Assembly (NCBI GenBank): GCA_051362555.1
Contig: CM120648.1
Location: 225,721-289,720 of the forward strand
Source of the DNA: Lingula anatina
Lineage: Eukaryota > Animalia > Brachiopoda
Reading direction: 5' to 3'
DNA: 64,000 nucleotides
Shown here: one piece after another, positions 27,621-39,947 of the stretch
Layout of the letters: the number at the start of each line of letters is the position of its first letter
Numbering within the stretch: position 1 is the first letter of the stretch
Position numbers and translations under genes: made by a program
The notes under the pieces: model-generated
What the model was told of the DNA's origin: nothing
The model's database searches: none
Seen by the model: the letters and a program-made list of their open reading frames with translations, nothing else

Positions 27621-29032
27621 TAATCTAGCTCTATCCTATATTAGCGATCCAATGTAACATAATATTGAATAAGTAGAATATAATAAAAATATTACTATAG
27701 TGCACATGATATGACTTAAACGTAAAAATACCTACACTTATCCTTTTACCCTTGGAAAACTCGCTACTGAAAGTTGTCATTACTACACACGGGTAAATGG
27801 TGTGGTATGTTTATACCGTCTACTCGATCTCAATGTTTTCTCTGCACACTTTTATTCAGGTTCTTCTTTTTCTTAGAAAATATGAACACTGTCAATTTAG
27901 CCACATCATGATCAACGATATTCGTCCTGTCTTTTTGCAAGGAATAAAATGCATTTTAATTTAAAAATGGGTGGAGCGCGTATGGATAAATTAACCCATT
28001 TTTTAATTTTTGGGAGAGAAAAAAATTCGAAATTTGTGTCCCTTTGGTCCAGGAGATAATTTCTGAGTGTATTAAAACATAGTTAGTCTAAACGGCGAGG
28101 AAATAATAAAAACGATATGAAACATAGCCATCAAAACAAAATTTTTATAAGGTTATAACGTAAACGAGATACATGTATTTAAAAACACATTGCATCAGCG
28201 TCTCTGTCTGCTCTACTGTAGCACACCCTCAGGTGTGTCAGCTAGAAAGCACTATAATTCCAGTCCTGGGGGTGAAATGACCTTTCACTGGCTATAAACT
28301 GGTTATGAAATCCACAATGTCTTGCACGATAAAAAGCTATAAAAGAAGTATAATTATTATAAGCATAATTAATATAGAACTGAAAAGAATAACGCCACTT
28401 TTTCCCAGACACCGGCCCATTTGGTATGTAAAGAGACACTCTCGTGACGACATTTGCCTTCACGCAGTTTTGGGGGCAAAGTTATCACCCTTTTGCCTAG
28501 GTAACTTGAAACCAAAGACAAGCAAAACAAAGGAAGATGTCTGGAGACGCTTTGTAGCACGTGACGCGCCAGAGACGTGTGTGACAACCCCATTGTGGGA
28601 AGAGGGCCTCAAAGGGGGGGGGGGGGTGTATATAGTGAGCACAGTTCATAGGAAATGGGATCATCAACTTACTTATCACAGTTAATGGAAATTATTCATT
28701 TCTTATTGAAGATACAAGGAATATGAGCTCAAAATCGCGAATCAACAAATACCCTGTGTAATGGTTTCGTTTCACTAAGGTTGAAGAATTAAAGGCCGTA
28801 TTCACGAGTCACGGGAATGGGGTTCTTCACTGAAATAATATTTAGCGTTTCAAAAATAATAAAGTGGCTTTCAAGATTAACGAAAATACCCAATGGGAAC
28901 CTCTTTGAAAGGAACAAAATTCTAACAAAGATATCCATAGGGGCAAATTTTCTTGCATTGTGGGTTTCGTTTAAAAGGAAAAACATACAAGACACCCGTG
29001 TATTTTATCGACACTCCCAGCAGAACGATACA

Positions 29033-30260
29033 ATGGCGGGACGTCTTTTTTCTAGACGCATCTTAAATGGCGTGTTTTTCAGAAGTTTTTCAATGAAGGG
29101 GATTAATTTGAAAAAAGTGAGCGCAATAATATACACATATTAGAATAAATGTTATTGTAATAAACATTTCCTTATCAGAACATGACGTACAGTGCAGCCG
29201 AATTAAAGGGGAACTGGAATCTATAACGAATACAGTATTTTCAACCGATTGTGAAGTGTGTTTTGCGATATTATAGTATTTAAAGGCAATAAAAACAGAT
29301 GAATGTTATAAAACTTCTTTGACATTTACTAAGTGGTTTGAATCTAATCTTAAGTCTTCAAAACTTTGTTAGTAATATCTGACAAGAAGATTACGCCAGG
29401 CAATTTTGAGTCTCAAAGATATAGTTGAAACTATATCTTTGGAAAAAAATAGCAGTTTTCCAACGTTTTTTCAGGGGCCACATGATTATCCGGTTCCGAC
29501 AGGATCCGATCATTGGAGAAGAAAAATCCGCACTTTGTTCAAATCAATGGATACAGACGGAGATGGATATGTCACTAAAAAAGATTTTGAATTAAGTGCA
29601 AACCGCCTTTCAAGCTACCTGAATCTAAACGGTATTAAAAGTTAAAGATATATTTGTGGCTTAAAATTAAGAAAAAAAAATATAATGATACCTTCTTTGT
29701 CATAAAACTATCGATCGTTTTTAATCCTGTTTACAATTAAATATTTATTTATCCTCATTATCAATTTATTTATCTAATCAATTTCAAAATAGTCATTTTA
29801 ATTCTAAAAAAGCTTGTGGTAAGAAATGTGTGCAAATATTAAAATAACGGTTTGATGAATTTCAGAAAAGAAAGCGAAAGAGGTACTGAAGATGCGGCTG
29901 TTGGCGTGGGAGGTGGTTTCTAAAGGTAAACACGATGATTGCAGCATATCTGAAGACGAATATGTGTCCTCTATATATGATGCCTGCTCTGTATACTCAG
30001 AGCTATTTATTAAAATCATCATCAGTGAATGCGACTTCGCGGATGCTAACGACGACGGTTTCATAACTCGCGATGAACACAAGGCGTTCTTTTACGGGAG
30101 GGGTGTGCCTGTAAAACATTCGGCGGATGTCTTCAAAGTTCTCGACACCGACGGGGATGGCAAGTTAAGCAGAGAAGAATTCATTCAAGGTGCCGTGGAC
30201 TTCGTTTTTAGTGAAGACGAAAACAGTCCCTACATGCATTTCATAGGACCGCTAGTTTAA
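29033..30260 (+). CDS. SCP/luciferin-binding-protein-like EF-hand protein 2 (211 aa)
   Basis: Exons 29033-29116, 29475-29631 and 29866-30260. Leader MAGRLFSRRILNGVFFRSFSMKGINLKK, EF1 DTDGDGYVTKKD, EF3 DANDDGFITRDE, EF4 DTDGDGKLSREE, ends FIGPLV. Confidence 0.92.
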
Positions 30261-32332
30261 CAATTTATACGAACTTTGATTATTGTAAAAGTGTACACTA
30301 TTGCATAAACATTTTGAAATGGGACATTGCTATTTTGGAAATTATAGATCATGTGCACCACAATATATATGTTGGCATGGTAATCTCACAGCTAATTACT
30401 AGTATTGACTTGTGTAAACTGTGAATCGACCAGCTGGTAAATTTTAGATAGACAAAGCGCCAGAAATGGAGATAATCAGAAAATCCTAATTTGCTGTATC
30501 CTTGGGTGGTAAAAAACAGTGTACACTATCTGAACCCATAATTTTGTTCTGTCATTTAATTTCCTTCATATTTGTCAATAAAATGTGACCACCATGTAAT
30601 CTGCTGGGTAACTGATCATGGTTTTCCACTTAATATTTGAATAGTGGTAGTCGCTTTGAATTAAGACTTTATATACGCCTTATGTATATACGTTTTCAAA
30701 ATGAATTAGAAGATAAGAATAAAATGTGTCACCCAGCTTAGCCATTTAATAGCATAAAATCAAATATGTAACTATTTAAGCAAACCCTTTCATACATATA
30801 AGCAATTTCTGATACATGTAAAAGCGTATACGTTTGAGTACAAGTTTCAATAAAATTGCCGATTTCTAAATCTCAAAAATCACTTCTTCTTTTTGCTTTT
30901 CAACTAAATGTTGACTCGGGTTTACACCTCTTTTCTATCACCTGATTGATCTTGGATAAATCGTCATCAAATGGCGACAAAATCAAATTAGAATAGGGAC
31001 ATAAATTGTGAACAATCACGACCACATGTGTTTAGGCAAACAATGTACAATTAACATAGAAAAAAACAAACGTTGGACAAATTACTAGGTATCTTTGTCT
31101 CATCACATACTACCAGTTTTTTCCAGACTTTATTAGGCGATATGTTAATGTAAACAAGCCAGAAAATCCTAAAGCTCTTTCTCCAGTATATTTCACTACT
31201 TTTTCGAAACCCGTGCATAGTCATGATAACATACCCAATGACAAAAAGAAAATTATACATAATAAGTTATCTATTGAATGTTAGGCTTAAAATGTGTAAT
31301 ATTATATCGTGTCTTCCCAGTTTTGTTCCAGTAGACATCAAATTGCTGACAATTACCTGTTGGGACACAGTCTGTAGTCATTGAAACTTAAACTTAAATT
31401 CTATTTTTGTTACGATTGCCTTGGTAATTTTCACACACAGACGTACAGAATAAAATAATGCTTCTAGTCACACATTGCAGTGCGTGACACGACATAGCTG
31501 CAGGTGACAATTCGTTTCAAGTTAAATTGCACCACTAGATTCCATGAAGAGAAAAAAATAAGACCGACGATGAAGACATGGGAAATGTTTGAAACAGAAT
31601 CTTCCTCTTCATTTGATAAACATAGTAATCTCATACTTGATTTAGGACGCAAACTCTATCCAGATTATGCAATGCAAGAAAGTAAAGTAGGGTCTCTGAA
31701 ACTCATATTATTGCATATTTTGTTCTTGATTATAAAAAATCACGTGGACGATGAGCAGTACGTTGATTATTATATCCTATAATAATGTAATGATGCCAAA
31801 ACATTAACTGCATCTCTAGAAATATTTATCTGTGTATTTTTCCACACAAAGGAAAAACTGTGCTTCACCCAGAATAATTGAAGTCATAATCACTTGATAG
31901 GCTACAAATTAAAGTTACTCTAGTTGCAAGGTAGTTAATCCATATCAACACGTAGTATAGCAGGTAGTTAAGTTGAACAGGACCACAATTTTTGGTTACG
32001 TCTCGGCTGGAGACGAGTTCGTGCCCAGCATTCCCAACAAACCTACATAAGTGTATTATCTGAATTAACTGTACTCAGTAGTTATCGTTCCAGCTAAAGT
32101 AATCTGACATAAAGTGATGTGTTACGCGGTCAGGACTCCATTTCAAGATCAACATCCTTATGCTTTCCCACGTCAAAAACAGATGCCTCTTTCCTTAGAC
32201 AGATTGACAATAAACATTATAGACATTACATAAAATGCCCGCAGTGTCTGCTGTTATACTAAGGCAATGTAATACTTATCTCACCTTTCCTGTATACTTT
32301 AACACAGAAAAATGCAATTACTTTGTATATCG

Positions 32333-32410
32333 ATGGCGGGGTCGCAAGACTTTTCTCCGTGAGTGTTGAATCGACGATTTACCCAGAAAACGATAAATTT
32401 TTTAAAAAAG
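32333..32410 (+). pseudogene. Decayed orphan first exon
   Basis: ATGGCGGGGTCGCAAGAC...TTTACCCAGAAAACGATAAAT...AAAAAG, homologous to exon 1. Has an in-frame TGA and an ATAAGT (non-GT) donor. Confidence 0.7.
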
Positions 32411-32780
32411 ATAAGTATAATTATTAACTTGGATAAGTTTCCCAGTGACGTAGGTTCGCGGATAGTTTGTCGTTTCTTTCCTTTAATACCAAGAATATAA
32501 AAACTTTCCAGATCAAATATCACAACCTTATAAATACTGGTCCCATTAGCGATTTCCTTAACAATGGTAATCAAAATAACTCGGCTCATGCCTACAAATG
32601 CGTAGGGCAACAAATTAAAGAGAAACATTCTAAAAGTGAGGTAACAATCATCGACTGTCCTTTGATTGAAGGACGTGACCAACATATTTAACGTACCTAC
32701 ATAATGTTGGAGGCATACAGTGATTGACAATTCTGATACTTAAGGTACATTATGCAATGTGATTCCATTGTCAATCGTAA

Positions 32781-32816
32781 TATATAAATACGGTAGTTCT
32801 TGTCTCACCTCATTCG
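32781..32816 (+). promoter_or_regulatory. TATA box plus Initiator core promoter of EF-hand gene 3
   Basis: TATATAAA at 32781 and TCATTC (Inr consensus TCAKTY, A at 32812) 31 bp downstream, 38 bp before the ATG. The same arrangement precedes gene 4. Confidence 0.6.
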
Positions 32817-32849
32817 TGCAGTATCACACAGGGGGTTACAGATACAGCA

Positions 32850-33973
32850 ATGGCGGGGGTTGCGAGAATTCTCTCCAAGTGTTTTTCAAATGGAATAATA
32901 TATCGAAGTTTTACCCAGAAAGCGGTTAATTTGAAAAGGGTAAGTACAGCAGAGAGCGTGTTCACATCAAGTAGAACTACATGTATAAGACAATCAACTA
33001 CTATCACAGTTATGAAAGGATGTGCTTTCTTTAATTATTGTGCTTCTGCTGACGATTCAGGATAAATAATTAATTATAAATCGTAGTGAGATCATGTTTA
33101 TATAATCCATGTTTTTCAGACTCCGCAGGACTATCCGGCTTTAACTGGATCAGAACATTGGCGACGCAAAATCCGTACTTTGTTCAAAGCAAGAGATATA
33201 GACGGCGATGGATATATCACCAAAAAAGATTATGAAATGCATGTTCATCGTGTCTCAAGTTACATGAACCTTAATGGTAAGAACACTTTGAATTAACATG
33301 TTTTTTTTGTAATAATTATTTAAAATATTTTGATGATGAAAGAGTCGGCATACCGTTCAATGCCTGATGTGATCGTAAGATAGTTATGGCTGTTGAATTG
33401 TTTTAAATTGAGGTATATCATGGAAAGAATTAAGACAGCTGATATGTCAGAAAGTGCCGGCCTGTGAGCACCTCTAATCAATGAATGTTAAAAGGTATAT
33501 AAAAAAAATACTAGAAAAAGGAGGGGTTTCATATGACGTCAAGATAAGCATTTTCGGTTCTTACTGTTTCAGAGAACCAAGCGAAAGATTTAAAGAAATG
33601 GAAAATGTTCACTTGGGAATTACTTTCTGGAACCACAGAAGCTTCGGCTGACTTTCGGTTGCCTGAACACGACTACGTGTCCAACATGCTTGCTGCCTAC
33701 CCTACCATATTAGAGCGCATCGTGGATATCGCCAGTTGTGACTTCGACACCGTGGATATTGACGGTGACGGCTTCATCTCCCCACAGGAACACAAGGCGT
33801 ATTTCTACGGGTTTGGGGTCCCACTTAAGCACTCCACGGATGTCTTCAAAGTTCTGGACACCGATGACGATGGCAAGATTAGCAGAGAAGACTTTGTTCA
33901 AGGTTTTGTGGACTTCATTTTAAGTGAAGATGAAAACAGTCCACATGCTTGTTTCTTTGGACCGCTTGTATAA
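32850..33973 (+). CDS. SCP/luciferin-binding-protein-like EF-hand protein 3 (215 aa)
   Basis: Exons 32850-32939, 33120-33276 and 33573-33973. Leader MAGVARILSKCFSNGIIYRSFTQKAVNLKR, EF1 DIDGDGYITKKD, EF3 DIDGDGFISPQE, EF4 DTDDDGKISRED, ends FFGPLV. Confidence 0.93.
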
Positions 33974-34161
33974 TAAAAAAAAGAAGCAAATACCAGTTTG
34001 TTCAAGACTGTTTTGGCTTCCTTATGAGCTATTACATTTGTTTCTTTGGGCCATTTGCATAACAATTTAATCTGATAATCTTATATTGGTAACGCGGATA
34101 TATTATTTACTTACTTTATTTACTTACAATATGAGTTCTAATAATCTGATGATGTCACACG

Positions 34162-34338
34162 CAGGCCCGTGGCCAGGAATTTCAAAAGGGGGTCTTTTTT
34201 CTGGAAAAGTACCGAGTAGACCTTTGACTATGGAACCTTCCGGTACGCAAATAAAATTTAACCAGAAGGGGGCCTTTTCCTGACAAAAAAGGTGGTTTGT
34301 TCGAACCCCACGAGACCCCCCCCCCGGCTACTGGCCTG
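34162..34338. mobile_element. Small MITE
   Basis: Imperfect TIRs CAGGCCCGTGGCCAGG / CCGGCTACTGGCCTG. Partial homologs at 36596-36647 and ~43288-43394. Confidence 0.55.
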
Positions 34339-35738
34339 AACACATATGTTTGTCTGATATTATTTTATAATTACTTTGCTTGGAATTTATGAAATTGTAT
34401 AAGATAATATAATCTGCCTACAACTAAATTGTTCATCTGTTAGCATATTGAATGTAGTAATATGGAATGTTATCAGGAATAGGGAAAATCATATCACTTT
34501 CTGTAACTTAGGACAGGTAATGGTACATGTATGTACAGAATATGAAAACTTACGAGTGAGGCTGCTTTCGCTTGACGCTCAAACCCTTTACTAGGCACTT
34601 CTCAGAGTTATGAAGGCTGGTTGCTTTTTACACCACCAAAAACTTTCATAGTAGCTTTAACGTACTTATTCTATCTTCTCAAAAGTAATTAAACGGTAGT
34701 AACCGTCACTTCAATGTGCATGCATTTAGACAAAGGTTTGTAAAGAGTTTTTACCCATTTTCTCTCTCTCATTTCAGAAAAAAAAAAAAATTAAAGCAAC
34801 TGTACATAAGAAACTATTTAGTTATCATGCTGTACCCGAATAGCAATTCAATTTCTTTTATGTGTAAATTTTAATTTGTATATCACTGGTTGAATAAACT
34901 CTAATATTACCTTAAAGCAGCCTATTAGTCACATCCAGTGCGTAAATACACATTTACTCCCATACAGCATCGCATTTTCTTTTCTATACGCGACAAGAAG
35001 CCAAAACTACATCAGTAATTATATATTGTTTTTATTGAATTCTAAATAAAGGTCTAATTTTACAGGTGTACGGTGTCCCAGACAACAAATTGTAAGCGCG
35101 TACGTGTAATCAAAATCTTTGTGATAGAGAAAGGCAATTTCCAGATTTATTCCTTACAACGTCCAAACATACTAAAGTACACTTAACCACTTCGTTATTA
35201 TCAAGCGTTATCAAACGTCACTGATTACCCGCCTAGCTCAAAGTATATGCTTATTTTCTGTAAAGAAAATACAGTTTTGGTGAACACGGATACTTTATCG
35301 TTCTTTATTATAATATCAAGAATATATAATTACGTACCAGGTCAAACATCAAATGCTTATAAACAATGGTACCGATTGGCGAGCAACATGACACTCGTAA
35401 TCTAAGATGACACCAGTGTTTAATGCTGGTAAACACAATTCTTGCTCAGAGTCAGTTCATGCATACTTATACATAGAACAACAGGTGTCGTGAGATTAAA
35501 TACAGAGAAACATTCTAAAAGTGATGTAATAAGCTTCGAATGTCTTTTGATTGAAGGACGTGACCAACATATTTAACGTACCTACATAATGTTGGAGGCA
35601 TACAGTGATTGACAATTCTGATACTTAAAGTACATTATGCAATGTGATCCCATTATCAATCGTAATATATAAATAAGGTAGTTCTTGTCTCACCTCATTC
35701 GTGTAGTCTCACACAGAGGATTACAGATATATACAGCA

Positions 35739-36649
35739 ATGGCGGGGGTTGCCAGAATTCTCTCCAAGTGTTTTCCAAATGGAATAATATATCGAAGTTT
35801 TACCCAGAAAGCGGTTAATTTGAAAAGGGTAAGTACAGCAGAGAGCATGTTCACACAAAGTAGAACTATAAGACTATCAGAGTTATAAAAGGATGTGGGC
35901 TATTGTGAAAGTTGACCCAACAGTGACAGAATCAATTTGCTGGTAATTGAATGGAACGCCTAAAACCCCATTACATCTAACATCTTGCCTCCACCGAGTA
36001 ACGTATTACATAATAAATTAGGCCTCTTTTAAAGATTACCGAGCTCTACATCACGAAAGTACATGTAAAGTTGTTTTTTTATGTTACTATTCGTTACACT
36101 CCAAGGATCCTCTTAAACAGGCAACCCTGTTATTTGGCTGAGACATTGCCACCGTAAAGGCCAAAAACAACGATTGAAATTGCTGAAGTACAAACAATAA
36201 TTCCTAAAAATGCATAATTGTAAGAGCTATAGGATATCACAGTGACAGGAAAAAACAACGATAAACTCTGCTAGCTAGATGTATACAAAAACCGAATACA
36301 TTTGTCTTCCAAAAATCGCTAAAACAGTAAAGACTTTTGGTATTTCTTCGGTGCTTTCTTTAATTCTTGTGCTTCTGCTGGCGATTCAGGACTTAAATGT
36401 ATATCTGAATTGGGTTCATGGTTATATAATCCATGTTTTCAGACTCCGCAGGACTATCCGGCTTTAAATGGATCAGAACACTGGCGACGCAAAATCCGTA
36501 CTTTGTTCAGAGCAAGAGATATAGACGGTGATGGATATCTCACCAAAAAAGATTATGAAATGAATGTTCATCGTGTCTCAAGTTATATGAACCTTGTTCG
36601 AACCCCACGAGACCCTCCCCCCCCCCCCCCCCCCCGGCTACTGGCCTGA
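35739..36649 (+). pseudogene. Truncated EF-hand gene 4 (exons 1-2 only; exon 3 deleted)
   Basis: Exon 1 (35739-35828) and exon 2 (from 36443) are nearly identical to gene 3. At 36595/36596 the sequence jumps to the equivalent of 34299, removing the exon-2 donor, intron 2 and exon 3. The frame reads on into VRTPRDPPPPPPPRLLA stop. Confidence 0.88.
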
Positions 36650-38022
36650 GCACATATGTTTGTCTGATATTATTTTATAATTACTTTGCATCGAATTTAT
36701 GAAATTGTATAAGATAATATAATCTGCCTACAACTAAACTGTCCACCTGCTGGCATATCGAATATAGAAATATGGAATATACTATCAGAAAAATAAGGAA
36801 ATTTAACACTTACTATAGCCTTGGGCAGGTCACAATATGCACAGAATATGAAAATTTACGAGTGAAGCTGCTTTAGCTTGACGCTCAAACCCTTAACTGG
36901 GCACTTCTCAGAGTTATGAAGGGATGGTTGCTTTTTACACCAAAAAACTTTCATAGTAACTTAAACAGTTATTATATCTTCTCAAAATTGATAACATGGT
37001 AGTAACCAAATCTTCATTGTGCATGCATTTAGATAAAAGTCCTTAAAAAGAGATTTAACCCTTCTGCTGTCTCTCATTTTAACAAAAATGTTTGCCACTT
37101 TATTTTAGAAATTATATTGTAACCTTATATTTTATTCACTTTACCCGAATAGCAATTCAATTTCCTTAAAATGTGAATTTTAGTCTTTATATCAATGGCT
37201 GAATAAACTCTTATCTTATCTTATCTTAAAGCAGTCTGTTTGTCACATTCATTATGTGCTTTAATACGTGCATTTACTTCCATACAGAATCGCATTTCCT
37301 TTACTACATGCACCAAGAAGCCAAAACAACATCAAAACTGCCAGATCGTTCGATTAGATTCTAAACAAAAGTTCAATTTTACAGGGGCATGGTGTCCTTG
37401 ACAACAAACTGTAAGCACGTGCAATCAAAATCATTGTGATAGAGAAACGCACATTCCAGATTTATTTCTTACAAGTTCCGAACATACTAAACTGCCACTC
37501 TGTCATTATCAGAAGTTTATCAAACGTCGCTGATTGCCCGCCTGGCTAAAATATACAGTATACTTATTTCATGTAAAAAATACGCATCAGGTGAACATGA
37601 TTACCTTGGCGTTTCTGTCCTATAATAGCAAGTACATGATGAATTAAAGTTTAAACATCAAATGCTTATAAATAATGGGACCGATTACACTGGTAATGTA
37701 AAATAACGCCAGTGTTTAATACTGGTAAACGCAATTCTTGATTGGCGTCAGTTCATGCAAACTAATACATAGGACAATAGGTATTGTAAGATTAAAAAGA
37801 AACATTCTAGCAGTGAAATAACAAGCTTCGACTGTCTTTTGATCGAAGAACGTGACCAACATATCAAACATACCCGCACACTTTTGGAGCTATGCACTGA
37901 TTGACAATAATGCTACTTATGTTACTAGTGCGCAAAACGATTCCATTGTTAGTTGTTATGTTTAAAGTATTTCTGGTCTCACCTCATTCGTGCAGTCTCA
38001 CACAAAGGTCTACAGATAATTA

Positions 38023-39591
38023 ATGGCGGGGTTTGCAAGGATTCTAACCAAGTATTTTCCAAAAGGAATGTGGTATCGAAATTTTACTCAGAAAACGGTT
38101 AATTTGAAGAGGGTAAGTGTAAATGTAGATGTCTAGCATGTTTATATGAAGTAAAGTCTGTGTCAGACTGCACTAGTAACCTTTTTGCAACCTGTTAGCA
38201 ACCTCAGCCGCAAGGAGGTTGCCACCCCACTGTAGGTTTAAAAGTGGCCATGGTCGCATAAGGTTGCCAAAAGGTCGCCAGCGGTCGTTGATACATGAAG
38301 GCCATTTTTGTGCACCGATAACCAGTGCAACTGAAGATAAATATCGGTATCTCAAAAAAAGGAAGAGCACATAATATAGCGACGTAACAACATATTACTC
38401 CCTCTAGTGCCACAAACTGTGCAATCTAGGACATAGCATGAGGGGAAAAATCAAATACAAAGGGATTTGTCCACGGTAATTTGTTCCTTTGATTTGTTCT
38501 AACCAAGAATGGAAAGACGTTGTTAAATATCGAATGTCATTCCGTGGTGCTTTGTAACATCTATGGAAAAGTATGCTTATGGTAACGGAGATGAATGAAA
38601 TTAAACTCAATTTATAAAATAATAAAACTGGCTATTTTCATACTTCAATCGCATGCACCCAAGCGTTCACCCTATGCTTATACTATACCAAATACCATCA
38701 CATACGACAATCAGTGGACTTTGTAACAAACATTGATATTGCAGAAAGAAAACACTTAGAGACAAGAAAAAATGGTAACCGAACGACTTCACATAGAGAT
38801 AACATACAATCCGTTTACTATAGAACCCATGGGACTACCCGGCTATAAAAGGAACGGAGCATTGGAGACGGAAAATCCGCACTGTGTTCAGAGCAAGAGA
38901 TACAGACGGTGATGGATATGTCACTAAAAAAGATTATGAACTGAGTGTTCATCGTGTCTCCAGTTACATGAACCTTAACGGTGACTTGATGTCTTAATTA
39001 GCTTAAGTTATTAACATCTGGGATATGTCACAAAAACAAGGAAAGTTTTTCCTCCACAGTCATTTCCTGTGAGTAACTTTAATTGATAAATTTTAATTTT
39101 ATATAAATTCATGGCTAAAATAAATATTTGAAGAATAACTATGTTTCATATGCATGTATGTAACTAATGTATATACCAGTATGTTTTCTGCTGTTTCAGA
39201 AAACCAGGCGAGTAAATTACTGAAATGGAAAATTTTTATTTGGGAAAAAATCTCTGGCGGTTCGCCTGACTTTCGGTTATCTGAAGACGAATACGTGTGC
39301 AGCGCGCTTGTTCACTACACTACAGTATCGAAGACCATTGTGGATGTTGCTTCGTGTTATTTCGACTCCATGGATCTTGACGGCGAAGGCTTTATTTCTC
39401 CACAAGAACACAAGGCTTTCTTCTATGGGTGGGGAATCCCCATAAGTCTCTCTGAGGATGTCTTCAAAGTCCTTGACACCGACGGTGATGGCAAGATAAG
39501 CCGAGAAGAGTTCGTCCAAGGTTATGTGGATTATTTTTTAAGTGAAGACGAAAACAGTCCATACACTTGTTTCTTTGGACCACTTGTATAA
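38023..39591 (+). CDS. SCP/luciferin-binding-protein-like EF-hand protein 5 (212 aa)
   Basis: Exons 38023-38112, 38824-38980 and 39200-39591. Leader MAGFARILTKYFPKGMWYRNFTQKTVNLKR, EF1 DTDGDGYVTKKD, EF3 DLDGEGFISPQE, EF4 DTDGDGKISREE, ends FFGPLV. Confidence 0.92.
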
Positions 39592-39774
39592 TAAAGAAAA
39601 TCAATATTTACCAATATATGTCCACATACAGCTCACTTCATGTTTCTTGGAGTAAAATAGTTTTCACCTAGACGCATGGGGATGGTATTTTATTGTAACT
39701 GTATCATTTTTGAAGTTGATATTTGGTATAATGAGAATGTGGCTAATCATATTGTTATTGTTATTATAACAAAA

Positions 39775-39947
39775 TGTTGACGGCGACGGGCCTAACCAAA
39801 TGGGAGCACTTGGGAGCACATGGCGTTTTCTAGGGGTATGGAATCCCCTTGAAATACTCGCCGGGTGTCTTTAAAGTTCTGAACACCGACGGCGATGGCA
39901 AGATAAGCAGAGAGGAGTTCACCCAAGGCTACGTGGATTTCATTTGA
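39775..39947 (+). pseudogene. Degenerate exon-3 fragment (EF3-EF4) of the EF-hand family
   Basis: GACGGCGACGG...GAGCACATGGCGTTT...GGAATCCCCTTGAAATACTCG...AAAGTTCTGAACACCGACGGCGATGGCAAGATAAGCAGAGAGGAGTTC, with indels and an early stop. Confidence 0.85.

Noticed and set aside
32299-32730. Duplicated 143-aa minus-strand ORFs (also 41452-41883) and 74-aa plus-strand ORFs
   Set aside because: They lie in the duplicated promoter/pseudo-exon region, have no recognisable domain, and homologous regions before genes 4, 5 and 7 are not open. Similarity reflects the duplication.
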